From positions 1-45,259 of the forward strand of contig CAYYXX010000003.1 of NCBI GenBank assembly GCA_964475905.1: a stretch of 45,259 bases of DNA, written 5' to 3'. Of this stretch, positions 1-10,077 are shown in pieces. The notes under the pieces were generated by a model. That model was given only the letters and a program-made list of their open reading frames with translations, was not told where the DNA came from and did not search any database. The first letter of the stretch is position 1. Every line of letters starts with the position of its first letter. This DNA is from an uncultured Clostridium sp. GTDB lineage: Bacteria > Bacillota_I > Bacilli_A > RF39 > UBA660. Both the position numbers and the translations under genes were made by a program.

Positions 1-86
1 ACTATGAAAAATTACTAATATTTCTATTAGTTATTTCATAGTCTTTATAATATATCAAATTCCTTGTAAACCCTTGATTTATAAGC

Positions 87-158
87 TTATACAAGTCCCC
101 CCCCCGTACAAATGTTCGCCTTTTTCCATACTATCTTAAATGTATTATAACTATTCAT
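87..158 (-). CDS. Putative 23-aa ORF/leader peptide containing a G9 homopolymer
   Basis: Strong RBS GAAAGGAG 9 nt before ATG (158); MNSYNTFKIVWKKANICTGGGLV*; G9 tract at 97-105; promoter-like sequence upstream. Confidence 0.35.
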   Translation of the reverse strand: MNSYNTFKIVWKKANICTGGGLV

Positions 159-191
159 ACAGGGCATCTCCTTTCAATTATTTACATACTA

Positions 192-220
192 ATAATATCA
201 TAAATAAAAGATATTTACAA
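192..220 (-). promoter_or_regulatory. Sigma-A-like promoter
   Basis: TTGTAA-N17-TATTAT with extended -10 TG. Confidence 0.45.
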
Positions 221-253
221 TACCTAAATTATTTTTGAGATAGATTATGGGAT

Positions 254-1252
254 CTATCTTCCTAATAACTTTTTAGCAGTCCTAACCATCTGAGCAGAAT
301 AACCCATCTCATTATCATACCAAGCAATAACCTTAACCATTTGATTATCCTCATCATCAATAACTTTAGTAAGAGCCAAATCAACAATAGCCCCACAAGT
401 AGTACCAATAACATCAGAAGAAACTATCGGATCATTAGTAACATTCAAAGTCTCATTAACATTATCCATAAAAGCCTTATTAACAAGTTCACTAGTAACC
501 CTCTTCTTAAGATTCAAAGATAAATCAACTAAACTACCATCACTAACAGGAACCCTAATAGCACCCCCTAATAACTTACCCTCTAAATTAGGTATTACCT
601 TTCCAATAGCACTAGCAGCCCCCGTTGAAGTAGGAATAATATTCATAGCACAAGCTCTTCCTCTTCTTTCCTTAATACCTTTCTTATGACTAACATCCAA
701 AGTAACCTGATCATTAGTATAAGCATGAATAGTAGTCATAAATCCCCTCTCAATACCAAAACAATCATCAAGAACCTTAAGAACAGGAGCCAAACAATTA
801 GTAGTACAACTAGCAGAAGACACAACCTCTTCACTACCATCTAAAATATCATCATTAACATTATAAACAATAGTCTTCATATCCCCCTTACCAGGAGCAC
901 TTATAAGAACCTTTTTAGCCCCCGCTAATACATGTTTCATACTAGCCTCTAACTTAGTAAACTTACCACTACACTCAAATACTAAATCAATACCCAATTC
1001 CCCCCAAGGAAGATTACTAGGATCCATCTCTTCAAAAACCCTAATTCTCTTCCCATTAACAATAATACTATTATCATCATAAGAAATATCCCTATCATAT
1101 CTTCCATGACTAGTATCATATTTAAGAAGATAACTAATCTCCTCACTACTAGATAAATCATTAATAGCTACAACATCAAAAAAATCATCATCTTCCATTA
1201 ACCTATAAACAAGCCTACCAATTCTACCAAACCCATTTATTGCAATTTTCAT
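254..1252 (-). CDS. gap: Type I glyceraldehyde-3-phosphate dehydrogenase
   Basis: MKIAINGFGRIGR Rossmann motif, catalytic ASCTTNCLAP, WYDNE; start set at ATG 1252 after GGAGAG RBS. Confidence 0.97.
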   Translation of the reverse strand: MKIAINGFGRIGRLVYRLMEDDDFFDVVAINDLSSSEEISYLLKYDTSHGRYDRDISYDDNSIIVNGKRIRVFEEMDPSNLPWGELGIDLVFECSGKFTKLEASMKHVLAGAKKVLISAPGKGDMKTIVYNVNDDILDGSEEVVSSASCTTNCLAPVLKVLDDCFGIERGFMTTIHAYTNDQVTLDVSHKKGIKERRGRACAMNIIPTSTGAASAIGKVIPNLEGKLLGGAIRVPVSDGSLVDLSLNLKKRVTSELVNKAFMDNVNETLNVTNDPIVSSDVIGTTCGAIVDLALTKVIDDEDNQMVKVIAWYDNEMGYSAQMVRTAKKLLGR

Positions 1253-1313
1253 ATATATCACTCTCCTATCTATATTATAAAACATTTCAATCAAAATATA
1301 AAATAATTTTACA

Positions 1314-2327
1314 TCACTTTACACTTTTTATATCATGTAAACACCTATTAATACCATTACCAATTATCAAAGAAAGCTTATCAATAACAAAATCAATCTC
1401 CTTAGGAGTAACAATAAAATTATAATTAACCGAAGTAAGAACCTCATCAATTAAATTCTTCTTATCATTATCCGATAACTCCCCAATCATTCCCAAAATA
1501 TCTCTCTTCTCTTTCATACTCAAATCCCTATTCTTAATCTTAGAAACATAATTACTCCTACTAAAAACAAGTTTATTCTTATTCATATTATCCCTAATAT
1601 AAGAAATATGTTTAAATAAATAATTAATAGTATCATATACAATAACAGAAGCCTCTACTACCGTAGGAACACCAATAGCAATAACAGGAACACCAATAGT
1701 ATTAAAATTAATCTCTCTTCTCCTATTCCCAACCCCACTACCGGGACAAATACCAGAAGAAGTAATCTGAATACTCTTATTAACCCTATCCATACTAAGA
1801 GAAGCCAAAGCATCAATAACAATCACAATATCAGGCTTAACCTCCAAAGTAATAGCCTTAATATAATCACTAGTCTCAATACCCGTACTCCCCATTACTC
1901 CCGGACAAAAACCAGCTACCATCCGAACCCCATCAAGAACCTCCTCACCCAAAACAAACAAATGCCTCGTAACCATCAAATTATCAATAACCTTAGGACC
2001 CAAACTATCAGGAGTACTCTTATCATTCCCAAGTCCAATTACCAAAATATTATTCTTATCACCCACAAACTCCTTAAGCACCTCAGTAAAAACATTCTCT
2101 ATCTTTCTACAATTCTCACTATCCGTAGCATCATCAAACAAAATAGTTACATACTTTCCCTTATCCCTATTAAGAACCTTATAATTACTATCATCAACAT
2201 CAACACTAGTAACCAATATTCCATCATAATTAGTAGTAGTAGTCTTAATATCACTATTATCCTCAATAGACTCCAATATCAAATCAGTCCTAATATTATA
2301 CTTATCTAAATCAATTTCATGTCCCAT
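1314..2327 (-). CDS. gpr: GPR endopeptidase (spore germination protease)
   Basis: IRTDL, GLGN..TPDSLGP, PGVMG.TGIET, IDALA, PGSGVGNRR, GVPTVV, VTPKEID motifs; divergent from rpsT as in Bacillus. Confidence 0.95.
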   Translation of the reverse strand: MGHEIDLDKYNIRTDLILESIEDNSDIKTTTTNYDGILVTSVDVDDSNYKVLNRDKGKYVTILFDDATDSENCRKIENVFTEVLKEFVGDKNNILVIGLGNDKSTPDSLGPKVIDNLMVTRHLFVLGEEVLDGVRMVAGFCPGVMGSTGIETSDYIKAITLEVKPDIVIVIDALASLSMDRVNKSIQITSSGICPGSGVGNRRREINFNTIGVPVIAIGVPTVVEASVIVYDTINYLFKHISYIRDNMNKNKLVFSRSNYVSKIKNRDLSMKEKRDILGMIGELSDNDKKNLIDEVLTSVNYNFIVTPKEIDFVIDKLSLIIGNGINRCLHDIKSVK

Positions 2328-2370
2328 ATTATTCACCAATAATATTTTTTACAAAAAATGCCGAAAATAT

Positions 2371-2399
2371 TTGCTTTTTTCCCATTTTTTTGATAAAAT
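2371..2399 (+). promoter_or_regulatory. Sigma-A promoter of rpsT
   Basis: TTGCTT-N17-TAAAAT with TG extended -10; GGAAGGAG RBS downstream. Confidence 0.6.
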
Positions 2400-2430
2400 T
2401 ATAAGTAGTTTTGGAAGGAGATGAATTTAT

Positions 2431-2700
2431 ATGGCAAATGTTAAAAATGCAAAGAAAAAAATAATTCAAATAAGAAAGACAACTTTAGCACATCAACAAT
2501 TAAAATCTACTGTAAAAAATGCTATTAAAGAAACAGATAAAGCTGTAGTAGCGGGTAATAAAGAATTAGCAGAAAAATCCCTAAAAAAAGCTATTAAAGC
2601 TCTAGATAACGCTAAAGTAAAAGGTTTAGTACATAAAAATAAAGTTGATAGAGAAAAATCAAGATTAACTAAAAAAGTAAATTCAATGGAAGTAAAATAA
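2431..2700 (+). CDS. rpsT: 30S ribosomal protein S20
   Basis: MANVKNAKK...KGLVHKNKVDREKSRL, basic 89 aa. Confidence 0.96.
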   Translation: MANVKNAKKKIIQIRKTTLAHQQLKSTVKNAIKETDKAVVAGNKELAEKSLKKAIKALDNAKVKGLVHKNKVDREKSRLTKKVNSMEVK

Positions 2701-2721
2701 TTACTTCTTTTAATTTAATCA

Positions 2722-2749
2722 AAAAGCAAGATCAAACTATCTTGCTTTT
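2722..2749. terminator. Probable bidirectional intrinsic terminator between convergent genes
   Basis: AAAAGCAAGAT-caaact-ATCTTGCTTTT perfect inverted repeat. Confidence 0.55.
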
Positions 2750-3570
2750 AACTTAACCTTATTATAATCTCTACTCTGATAAATCATATCATTAAGCATA
2801 TAACTATTAAGAAAATTATACATCTCTGTATTCTCAAAATCTCTAGCTTCCCTATTCCTATTACTAAACCTAATATTAGATAAAAGAATATCCTTAGAAA
2901 TAAGCCTCTTATTTCTAATATCTACAACCCATAAAACAGGCATAACCCTTAAAATAACCCTATCATTATTCTTATATCTCTTACCATTAGATAAAACAAC
3001 ATACCTAAAATCAGGCGAAAAAACACTAGTCTCAATATACCTATCTTCCTTATACTCAAACTCCCTACACTTAGCATAACTCATCATATTACTATACCAT
3101 TCCATCCTAGTAGCATATTCTCTACCAGTATATATAACATCACCACACTCCATAGAAATTCTAAGTAACTTCTCATTACATACAGCCCCCTGCGGATATT
3201 CACCAAAATAAACATAAGTAACCCCATTATAATTAAATAATCTATCAAATATCTCCATAGGAATTTCATCAAACTCAATAGCGGGTCTAATCCCAATATT
3301 ATAATAACTATTATCAGCCCAACTAGTAGTACCATTCAAAGTAACAAACATATTATATATACAATAATTATCCCTAATAAAATAATCAGAAGTCCTCTTA
3401 CCAAAAGTATCATCCTCAAATAAACCACTAGCAATAGCAAGATCACTAGAAGAACAAGTAGAACCCAAATATTTAAAAGTATTCGTAAGATTATAATTAC
3501 AAATCAAATTCTTACTCTTATCAAAAATATCCCCATTAGATAATAAAGACATAACTAACTTATCTGACAT
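2737..3570 (-). CDS. Hypothetical protein (DUF6273-like motifs)
   Basis: 277-aa ORF with GGTG RBS; IGIRPAI, YFGEYPQ, P.LW.VD...LISKDIL motifs; family call from memory. Confidence 0.6.
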   Translation of the reverse strand: MSDKLVMSLLSNGDIFDKSKNLICNYNLTNTFKYLGSTCSSSDLAIASGLFEDDTFGKRTSDYFIRDNYCIYNMFVTLNGTTSWADNSYYNIGIRPAIEFDEIPMEIFDRLFNYNGVTYVYFGEYPQGAVCNEKLLRISMECGDVIYTGREYATRMEWYSNMMSYAKCREFEYKEDRYIETSVFSPDFRYVVLSNGKRYKNNDRVILRVMPVLWVVDIRNKRLISKDILLSNIRFSNRNREARDFENTEMYNFLNSYMLNDMIYQSRDYNKVKLKAR

Positions 3571-3631
3571 AAAATCACCACTAATTATTCTATCATATAT
3601 ACCTAAAAAAAGAAAGAGAAAAATTCCCTTT

Positions 3632-3790
3632 CTACATCATATTTTCTAGGTCACTTACAGCCTTAGTCTTAGCAGAATTCATCTTTCTAACAAGCTTCTT
3701 CATATTACCATTTTTTATATTAGTATATAATGTGGCACTACAAGCAAAAGCACCAAGACCAATTAAAGCCATACCTGTCTTAGATTTCAT
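3632..3790 (-). CDS. Small 52-aa membrane-anchored protein, YrzQ/DUF3918-like (not in ORF track)
   Basis: AAAGGAGTG RBS; MKSKTGMALIGLGAFACSATLYTNIKNGNMKKLVRKMNSAKTKAVSDLENMM*; lies downstream of recD2 like B. subtilis yrzQ. Confidence 0.7.
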   Translation of the reverse strand: MKSKTGMALIGLGAFACSATLYTNIKNGNMKKLVRKMNSAKTKAVSDLENMM

Positions 3791-3807
3791 ACAATCACTC
3801 CTTTAAA

Positions 3808-3840
3808 AATATGATCGGTATATCAAATACCAATCATATT
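3808..3840 (-). terminator. Intrinsic terminator after recD2
   Basis: 14-bp stem AATATGATTGGTAT/ATACCGATCATATT (one G-U) followed by Ts on the minus strand. Confidence 0.55.
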
Positions 3841-3864
3841 ATTAACAAAAAACAAATAATTATA

Positions 3865-6048
3865 CTAATTATCACCATAATAATTAATAATAAAATCTTT
3901 TAAAGTAGTTCTCCTATTATCAATATAATCATTATTAATACCATATATAAAAGAATTAGCCTCTCCTACTATAACCAAACTATTCTTAGCCCTCGTAATT
4001 CCCGTATAAACAAGCTTATTATAAAGCATTCTCTTAAAAGAACTAACAACAGGCATAATAACCATATCAAACTCACTACCCTGAGCCTTATGAATACTAA
4101 TAGCATAACCATGTCTAAAATTAATAAACTTATCCGGAGTATAACTAACTACATTACCATCATAATTAATATTAATCTGATTAGTAATCCCCTTTCCATT
4201 AGAAAGAATAACCTCTTCAATATAACCAATATCCCCATTATAAACATTATTATCCGGATCATTAACAAGTTGTAATACCTTATCATACTCCCTAAAAACA
4301 ACATCTCCTACTCGAATCTCTTTCTTATAATCTCTCTTAGGATTAAAAATCTCCTGAAGCATCATATTAAGCCTATCAATACCATTAACACTCTTATACA
4401 TAGGAGCCAAAATCTGTATCTCTCTATCAGTATAACCCTTACCTATAGCTTTTTTAACAACTTCCCTAATATAACCACCAGTAGACTCAATATCACTACT
4501 AATAAATAAATAATCATCCCTCTTAATAAACAAATCCTCACTAATATTTTTATTCTTAACATCATAAGCCAAATTCAAAATATAAGAACCCTCACTCTGT
4601 CTATAAATCTGATTAAGCCTAATAACAGGTAAACAATCACAATCAATCAAATCCTTAAGAATCTGTCCCTCACTAACACTAGGAAGCTGATAATAATCTC
4701 CAACTAAAATAAGCTTAGTATCCCGTTTAATCCCTTTCAATAACGCCTCCATAAGCAAAGTATCAATCATACTAACCTCATCTACAATAACATACTTATC
4801 CCCTTTAGGAGAATACTCATTAGTATCAAAAGTATTAGTATCCTTATCCCAACCTAAATACTTATGAATAGTACTAGCACTAATAGAAGTAGTATCCATA
4901 AGCTTCTTACTAGCTCTCCCAGTCGGAGCCAAAAGAGCAATATCACTTTTCTTAATCTTCTTATCATTAATAATAATATTAACAATAGCCTTAATAATCG
5001 TCGTCTTCCCAGTCCCAGGTCCCCCAGTAATAATAGTAATATTATTATTAATCCCAGAATATATAGCCTTTTTCTGAATATCATCATAAACAATATCACT
5101 ATTATCAATATATCTCTCAATACTAACATCACTAGTAATAGACATATCATTCAAAAAACATAACCTCTCACAAATATACTTCTCAGCCTCATAAAAATAT
5201 TTCAAATAATACCTCTTATCAACATTAACAATCTTCTTATCCTTAATTAACTTACCAAGTAAATAATCAAGCTTCTCCCTAGTAACACTAACATAACTAG
5301 ACAAAGCATTAGAAATATCTGATAATAACAAATAAGTATCCCCTCTATCAAAACATATATTCTTCATAATATAAATAATTAAAGCCTTTACTCTCCTATC
5401 ATCATTATCATCAATCCCAATATTCTTAGCAATATCATCTATCTTAACAAAAGAAATATCATCACTATCAATAAGATCATATATATTATTATTAACCGTA
5501 TCAAGAATTTTATTATTATACTTATTCAAAAAAGAAAGAGAATCATCCATATCAAACCCCATCTTAGTAAGTTCAAGCACAACCTTAGAAGTATTCTTAT
5601 AATCAAGTAAAGTATCATATATCATATCAATCTTATTCTTACCAAGTCTAGGAATAACACTCAAACAATCCCTATTTTCCAAAATCTTCTCAATAGTGGT
5701 CTCATGAAAAGTATCAACTATTCTTCTAGCAGTCACTTCTCCTATCGGAAATAAATCACTAGATAAAAAAGTTACAAGCTCTTCATCTTTAGTAGGAACA
5801 ACAGTATCAAAAGACTTAGTACTAAACTGCACACCATATTTATTATGTACAACAACATCACCATATAAAATATATTCCTTTCTTTCACTAAGTCTAGGAA
5901 GAACACCAGTAATATGAATCATATCCTTATCATACTCAATATTCTTATCCTTAATCCTAAAAATACCAACCATATAACTATTACTCTCATTACGAAATAT
6001 CTCCTTATATAAATAACCCTTTATATACCTATCTTCCACAAAAACCAC
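3865..6048 (-). CDS. recD2: ATP-dependent RecD2-like SF1B DNA helicase
   Basis: TGGPGTGKTT Walker A, LAPTGRA, VDEVSMID, LVGDYYQLPSV, YAISIHKAQGSEF, YTGITRAK; N-terminal OB/HhH region. Confidence 0.95.
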   Translation of the reverse strand: MVFVEDRYIKGYLYKEIFRNESNSYMVGIFRIKDKNIEYDKDMIHITGVLPRLSERKEYILYGDVVVHNKYGVQFSTKSFDTVVPTKDEELVTFLSSDLFPIGEVTARRIVDTFHETTIEKILENRDCLSVIPRLGKNKIDMIYDTLLDYKNTSKVVLELTKMGFDMDDSLSFLNKYNNKILDTVNNNIYDLIDSDDISFVKIDDIAKNIGIDDNDDRRVKALIIYIMKNICFDRGDTYLLLSDISNALSSYVSVTREKLDYLLGKLIKDKKIVNVDKRYYLKYFYEAEKYICERLCFLNDMSITSDVSIERYIDNSDIVYDDIQKKAIYSGINNNITIITGGPGTGKTTIIKAIVNIIINDKKIKKSDIALLAPTGRASKKLMDTTSISASTIHKYLGWDKDTNTFDTNEYSPKGDKYVIVDEVSMIDTLLMEALLKGIKRDTKLILVGDYYQLPSVSEGQILKDLIDCDCLPVIRLNQIYRQSEGSYILNLAYDVKNKNISEDLFIKRDDYLFISSDIESTGGYIREVVKKAIGKGYTDREIQILAPMYKSVNGIDRLNMMLQEIFNPKRDYKKEIRVGDVVFREYDKVLQLVNDPDNNVYNGDIGYIEEVILSNGKGITNQININYDGNVVSYTPDKFINFRHGYAISIHKAQGSEFDMVIMPVVSSFKRMLYNKLVYTGITRAKNSLVIVGEANSFIYGINNDYIDNRRTTLKDFIINYYGDN

Positions 6049-6098
6049 TTATTCCTTTCATTAATTAAAATTATACTACAAAGAAATAAAAAAAACTA

Positions 6099-6974
6099 TC
6101 ATTTCTGATAGTTAATTATTAAATTATTAGTTTTATACAAATAATCAATTATTTTATTAATCTTTATACACATATTATACTCATTATCATTTATCTCTAT
6201 AACAGGAGGAATAACCATATAAGTAAATAAAAGTAATCTCTCTTCTTCTTTTAAAGGATAATTACTCTCATAATAATGAAACAAATCCTCAAAATCAAAT
6301 TCCAAATAATGATTCTTATAAAAACTAAGTAAATCATAAATAGGATTATCAACTCTACTCTTATTCCAACTAATCAAATACGGCTTATCACTCTTAATAT
6401 AGTGATCTAAATTAATATTATTATGAATATACACAACTCTCTCATTTTTATTATTCTCTATCTTTTTATACCATTTCTCAATATTATCTCTAGCAAAATA
6501 AATACTATTAAATATAATATTAATATTTCTAGCAATCAAATACGAAGAAGGAGCCATATATACCTCTTTCTCAATATAAGCAATAATACCACTATAATAA
6601 TTATCTAGAAAATTAATATTATCCATAATATCCTCATATATCTTTTTATTCTTATCAATATCAACTTCCCTATAAAAAGTCGTCTTACTATGAAGAAGAC
6701 CAAGTAAATGAATCATATCCATAGCCTTTTGTTCTCTAGGCTCATAAACATCATTAACATAAGGATATACCTCATATCCATTTAAAATATCCAAAGGATA
6801 AGGAAAATAATCAAAAGCCCTAGATCTCAAATAATCATAAACATCAATAATACCATCACTAGATCTATTCTTAATAACAATCTTATCATCAATTATCCTA
6901 GCAGAAGACTTAATAGTAATCTTCTCCCTAGATAAATTATATTTCCCAATTTCCTTTCTAATATCACTATTCAC
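6099..6974 (-). CDS. Spore coat kinase-like protein, YsxE/CotS family
   Basis: Degenerate kinase-like fold (LGLLHSKT, YIHNNINLDHY, LISW, PIYDL, Y..YPL..EE); overlaps the spoVID-like gene as in the spoVID-ysxE operon. Confidence 0.75.
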   Translation of the reverse strand: MNSDIRKEIGKYNLSREKITIKSSARIIDDKIVIKNRSSDGIIDVYDYLRSRAFDYFPYPLDILNGYEVYPYVNDVYEPREQKAMDMIHLLGLLHSKTTFYREVDIDKNKKIYEDIMDNINFLDNYYSGIIAYIEKEVYMAPSSYLIARNINIIFNSIYFARDNIEKWYKKIENNKNERVVYIHNNINLDHYIKSDKPYLISWNKSRVDNPIYDLLSFYKNHYLEFDFEDLFHYYESNYPLKEEERLLLFTYMVIPPVIEINDNEYNMCIKINKIIDYLYKTNNLIINYQK

Positions 6975-7692
6975 TAGACTTCGGAATAACTACCTTATCA
7001 CCAGGCTTAATATTAGTAATATCATTATAACTTTCCAATTCTTCTTTAGAAATACCATATTTAACCAATATCTTATCAATAGTATCCTCTTCTTTAACAA
7101 TATAAATATAATAAGTACTATAAGTTTCCGTATTATCTAAATTAGAAAACAAATCACTAGCAGTAATAACCTCATCATCTCTAGAATCACTCTTTATATC
7201 CATATTATCCTCACTCTTAGTATTATCACTAATAATAGTATCCACATCTATATCAACATCATTACTTTCCTGAGTAAGATCCTCATCAGTATCAAAAACA
7301 ACCTCTAAATCATCAACATTAGTAACCTCTCTACTACTATCATCATCTAAAGTAATCTCCTCTTCAGGTAAATACTCAGCTTCAATAAACAAATCAATAT
7401 TAACTTTCAAAGTATCATTATTAACAACATCATAATAAAAATCTTCAATATCAGCTTTAACACTACTAATATCATATCTAGGATCTAAAGTAATATCAAA
7501 AGGTAAATCAAAAGAAAAATCATCCCTATTAATAGAAGCTTCATTCATCTTATAATCCCCAGTAATATGAAATACACCAGTAACAATACCCTCTTTTTCA
7601 ATTTCAATTTCCCTCTCTAAAGAAATAGAAGTAATCTCATTAACCCTAGTCTTAAATGCCAATTCTTTCTTAAATGGTACTATTTGTTTCAT
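6967..7692 (-). CDS. SpoVID-like spore coat morphogenetic protein with C-terminal LysM
   Basis: N-terminal EITSISLE...G...ITGDY...FDITL...IEDFYY domain, acidic linker, LysM (YIVKEEDTIDKI..KYGIS..L...N...IKPGDKVVIP). Confidence 0.75.
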   Translation of the reverse strand: MKQIVPFKKELAFKTRVNEITSISLEREIEIEKEGIVTGVFHITGDYKMNEASINRDDFSFDLPFDITLDPRYDISSVKADIEDFYYDVVNNDTLKVNIDLFIEAEYLPEEEITLDDDSSREVTNVDDLEVVFDTDEDLTQESNDVDIDVDTIISDNTKSEDNMDIKSDSRDDEVITASDLFSNLDNTETYSTYYIYIVKEEDTIDKILVKYGISKEELESYNDITNIKPGDKVVIPKSSE

Positions 7693-7713
7693 AATCACTC
7701 TTCCTTTCAATAA

Positions 7714-7740
7714 ACAATATGAAAGAAATAATAAAATAGA
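7714..7740 (-). promoter_or_regulatory. Candidate sigma-E promoter of the spoVID-ysxE-like operon
   Basis: TCTATTT...CATATTGT on the minus strand resembles sigma-E -35/-10; AT-rich context limits specificity. Confidence 0.4.
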
Positions 7741-7745
7741 ACAAA

Positions 7746-7766
7746 AAAAGTACCAAAAGTACTTTT
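7746..7766 (-). terminator. Intrinsic terminator
   Basis: AAAAGTAC-N5-GTACTTTT followed by further Ts on the minus strand. Confidence 0.45.
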
Positions 7767-9321
7767 ATTCTTCAATCCTAGTCTTATAATAATAAACACC
7801 ATACAAAAGAGCCCCAATTCCAACAGACCAAGCAATAAACATCAAAACATCACCCGTCTTACTATTTTTATCAATCTCTTCAAGTGTCTTATCATTAGAA
7901 GTAGTCTTATCATCAACTACAGGAGTTTTATCATCAACAGCAGGAGTCTTATCAACTTCTACCCATTTAGCATATAAAGTAAAATCACTAGTAACCGCAG
8001 TAGAAAAATCATATTTATTCTTATATTCCTTATCAGTATACCAACCATCAAAAGTATACCCATCAAGCACCGGATCACTAGGAGCAGTAACTACCTCACC
8101 ATTTTTAACATTAATAACCTCAGTAGAAGTACCATTATTAAAAATAACATTAAAACTATCATTAACTTTCCATACAGCATATAAAGTAATACTTCTATCT
8201 TCATTATAAGCACCATTAGCCCCATATGTAGCCCCAGTAGCATTTTTATCTTCACTCCAACCCACAAAAGTATAACCACTTCTAGTAGGAACAACACTAC
8301 TCAAAGTAAGCTTAACACCCTTATTCTTATCTTGATCATCAGGCTGTCCAGTACCACCATTAGCATCATAATGAACAGTAAAAACATTCACATCTCCCTT
8401 TACATAACAAGTATTATTATAATCATCAGTACCAGCTTCAACACACTCATACCCCTTATTATTAATCTGACAAGTATTAATATTAGTATATTCACAAGTC
8501 CTCTTAGCACTACCCTTTACATAACAACTACCACTAAGTACACAATTATACCCACTATTAGCATTCTCACAAGCAGCCTTAGTAGTATAAGTACAAGAAA
8601 CATTACTATTTTTACACTCTATTTCACTCTTAGTAACCAAAGACCAACTTCCACCATTACAACTAATAGAGATACTACTACTATCTCTAGCCCACACATA
8701 ATTATCAACACCACCAGTATTACTACCACAAAAATAACATCCTTTTGCCTTACAAGAAGCTTCAGATTTTGCATCACTGATAGTAGTCCAACTTCCACCA
8801 TTACAAGTACCACTTGGTGCAGTAGCCCATTGATAAAAATCCCCATTTGACGGTTGCCCAGAGCAATAATAACATGACTTAGTAGCAGTAGAAGTAATAG
8901 AAGTAGCTTCAACACCACATTTATTTTTATTACAAGTAGCAGTACATTTCTGAGTAAGAACATTAAGAGTTCCTGCAACACATCCACATTCATCATATCC
9001 ATAATCACTAACAAGAATAGGAAGATCTAATTGGAATACATCAGAATAAGTATGTGTACAATTAATATTACCACTGCTGTCTTTACTAACCTCATATGTT
9101 GTAGAAAAAGGTTTATTCCAATCACTTATGCAATAACCATCCATATAAGTATATCCAGTAGGACAACAGTTTTTCCCAGAATTAACTAAACTATAGCCAC
9201 TAGGGCATGTACTAGCGGCATAACTATCTTTCATATTACCAATACTAAAAGAAAAAATACTCATAAATACCACAAACAAAAAACTACCAAGTACAAAATT
9301 TCTTTTTTTCTTATCTTTCAT
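7765..9321 (-). CDS. Cell-surface protein: signal peptide, Cys-rich repeats, two InlB B/Listeria-Bacteroides repeats, sortase-like anchor
   Basis: Start MKDKKKR after GAGGTG RBS; YDANGG..PTRSGYTFVGW..LYAVW and P..DGYTFDGWY..LYAKW repeats; NSKTGD + TM helix + charged tail. Confidence 0.85.
   Translation of the reverse strand: MKDKKKRNFVLGSFLFVVFMSIFSFSIGNMKDSYAASTCPSGYSLVNSGKNCCPTGYTYMDGYCISDWNKPFSTTYEVSKDSSGNINCTHTYSDVFQLDLPILVSDYGYDECGCVAGTLNVLTQKCTATCNKNKCGVEATSITSTATKSCYYCSGQPSNGDFYQWATAPSGTCNGGSWTTISDAKSEASCKAKGCYFCGSNTGGVDNYVWARDSSSISISCNGGSWSLVTKSEIECKNSNVSCTYTTKAACENANSGYNCVLSGSCYVKGSAKRTCEYTNINTCQINNKGYECVEAGTDDYNNTCYVKGDVNVFTVHYDANGGTGQPDDQDKNKGVKLTLSSVVPTRSGYTFVGWSEDKNATGATYGANGAYNEDRSITLYAVWKVNDSFNVIFNNGTSTEVINVKNGEVVTAPSDPVLDGYTFDGWYTDKEYKNKYDFSTAVTSDFTLYAKWVEVDKTPAVDDKTPVVDDKTTSNDKTLEEIDKNSKTGDVLMFIAWSVGIGALLYGVYYYKTRIEE
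7886..7953 (-). repeat. Imperfect 21-bp coding tandem repeat (DKTPAVD/DKTPVVD/DKTTSND)
   Basis: GT(C/T)TTATCA recurring every 21 nt on the plus strand. Confidence 0.7.
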
Positions 9322-9402
9322 ATTCACACCTCTTACCTTATATATAAATAATACCAAAAAAATAATTATTTTACAAGAACTTTACACAAAAAAAGAAATA
9401 TA

Positions 9403-10077
9403 TTAAATAACACTTTTCAATATCAATATATTTCTTTTTAACTTTAATCTATATAAATAATGTCCCCTTTTAATACTACTTAAAATATCTCTGCACTTAT
9501 TCATATCATTTATACACTTACAAATAAACAAATCACTCTTCTTTTTAATAAGAACTGGTCCCAAATAAAGATCCTTATAAGAATATTTTTTATATCCCTT
9601 AACAAACTTAATAACCGTATAAATTTTCCCCTTATCAAGTACCAAATCCTCATCATCAATATAATATCCAATAGTAGTCATAAACTTCCTCAAAACAAAC
9701 AAATCAGTATTACTTTGAATAATAATCTTATTAACATTCTTAATCTTATAAATAGAATCCCTAAAAATATCACAAATAGTAGTAGTCCCCATACCACCAA
9801 TCACAATAGTATCAATATTATCACTATCATCAATAACAGAAATACCACTACCAAGTCTAATATCAATCCTATCTTCCAATTTATATAAAGAAACATTTTT
9901 AATCACAGACCTCAAAGCATTCTCATTAATATCACTAGCAATAATTTTAAGTTCCTTATATTTATTAGCTAAATATATAGATAAAAATCCATGATCACAA
10001 CCAACATCAATCACAGATTTATCATTAACATCTATAAAATTAGCCATAACCTCTAATCTTTTAGATAACTTATTCAT
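9403..10077 (-). CDS. trmK: tRNA (adenine22-N1)-methyltransferase
   Basis: [29 protein letters not shown]; follows rpoD. Confidence 0.93.
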   Translation of the reverse strand: MNKLSKRLEVMANFIDVNDKSVIDVGCDHGFLSIYLANKYKELKIIASDINENALRSVIKNVSLYKLEDRIDIRLGSGISVIDDSDNIDTIVIGGMGTTTICDIFRDSIYKIKNVNKIIIQSNTDLFVLRKFMTTIGYYIDDEDLVLDKGKIYTVIKFVKGYKKYSYKDLYLGPVLIKKKSDLFICKCINDMNKCRDILSSIKRGHYLYRLKLKRNILILKSVI

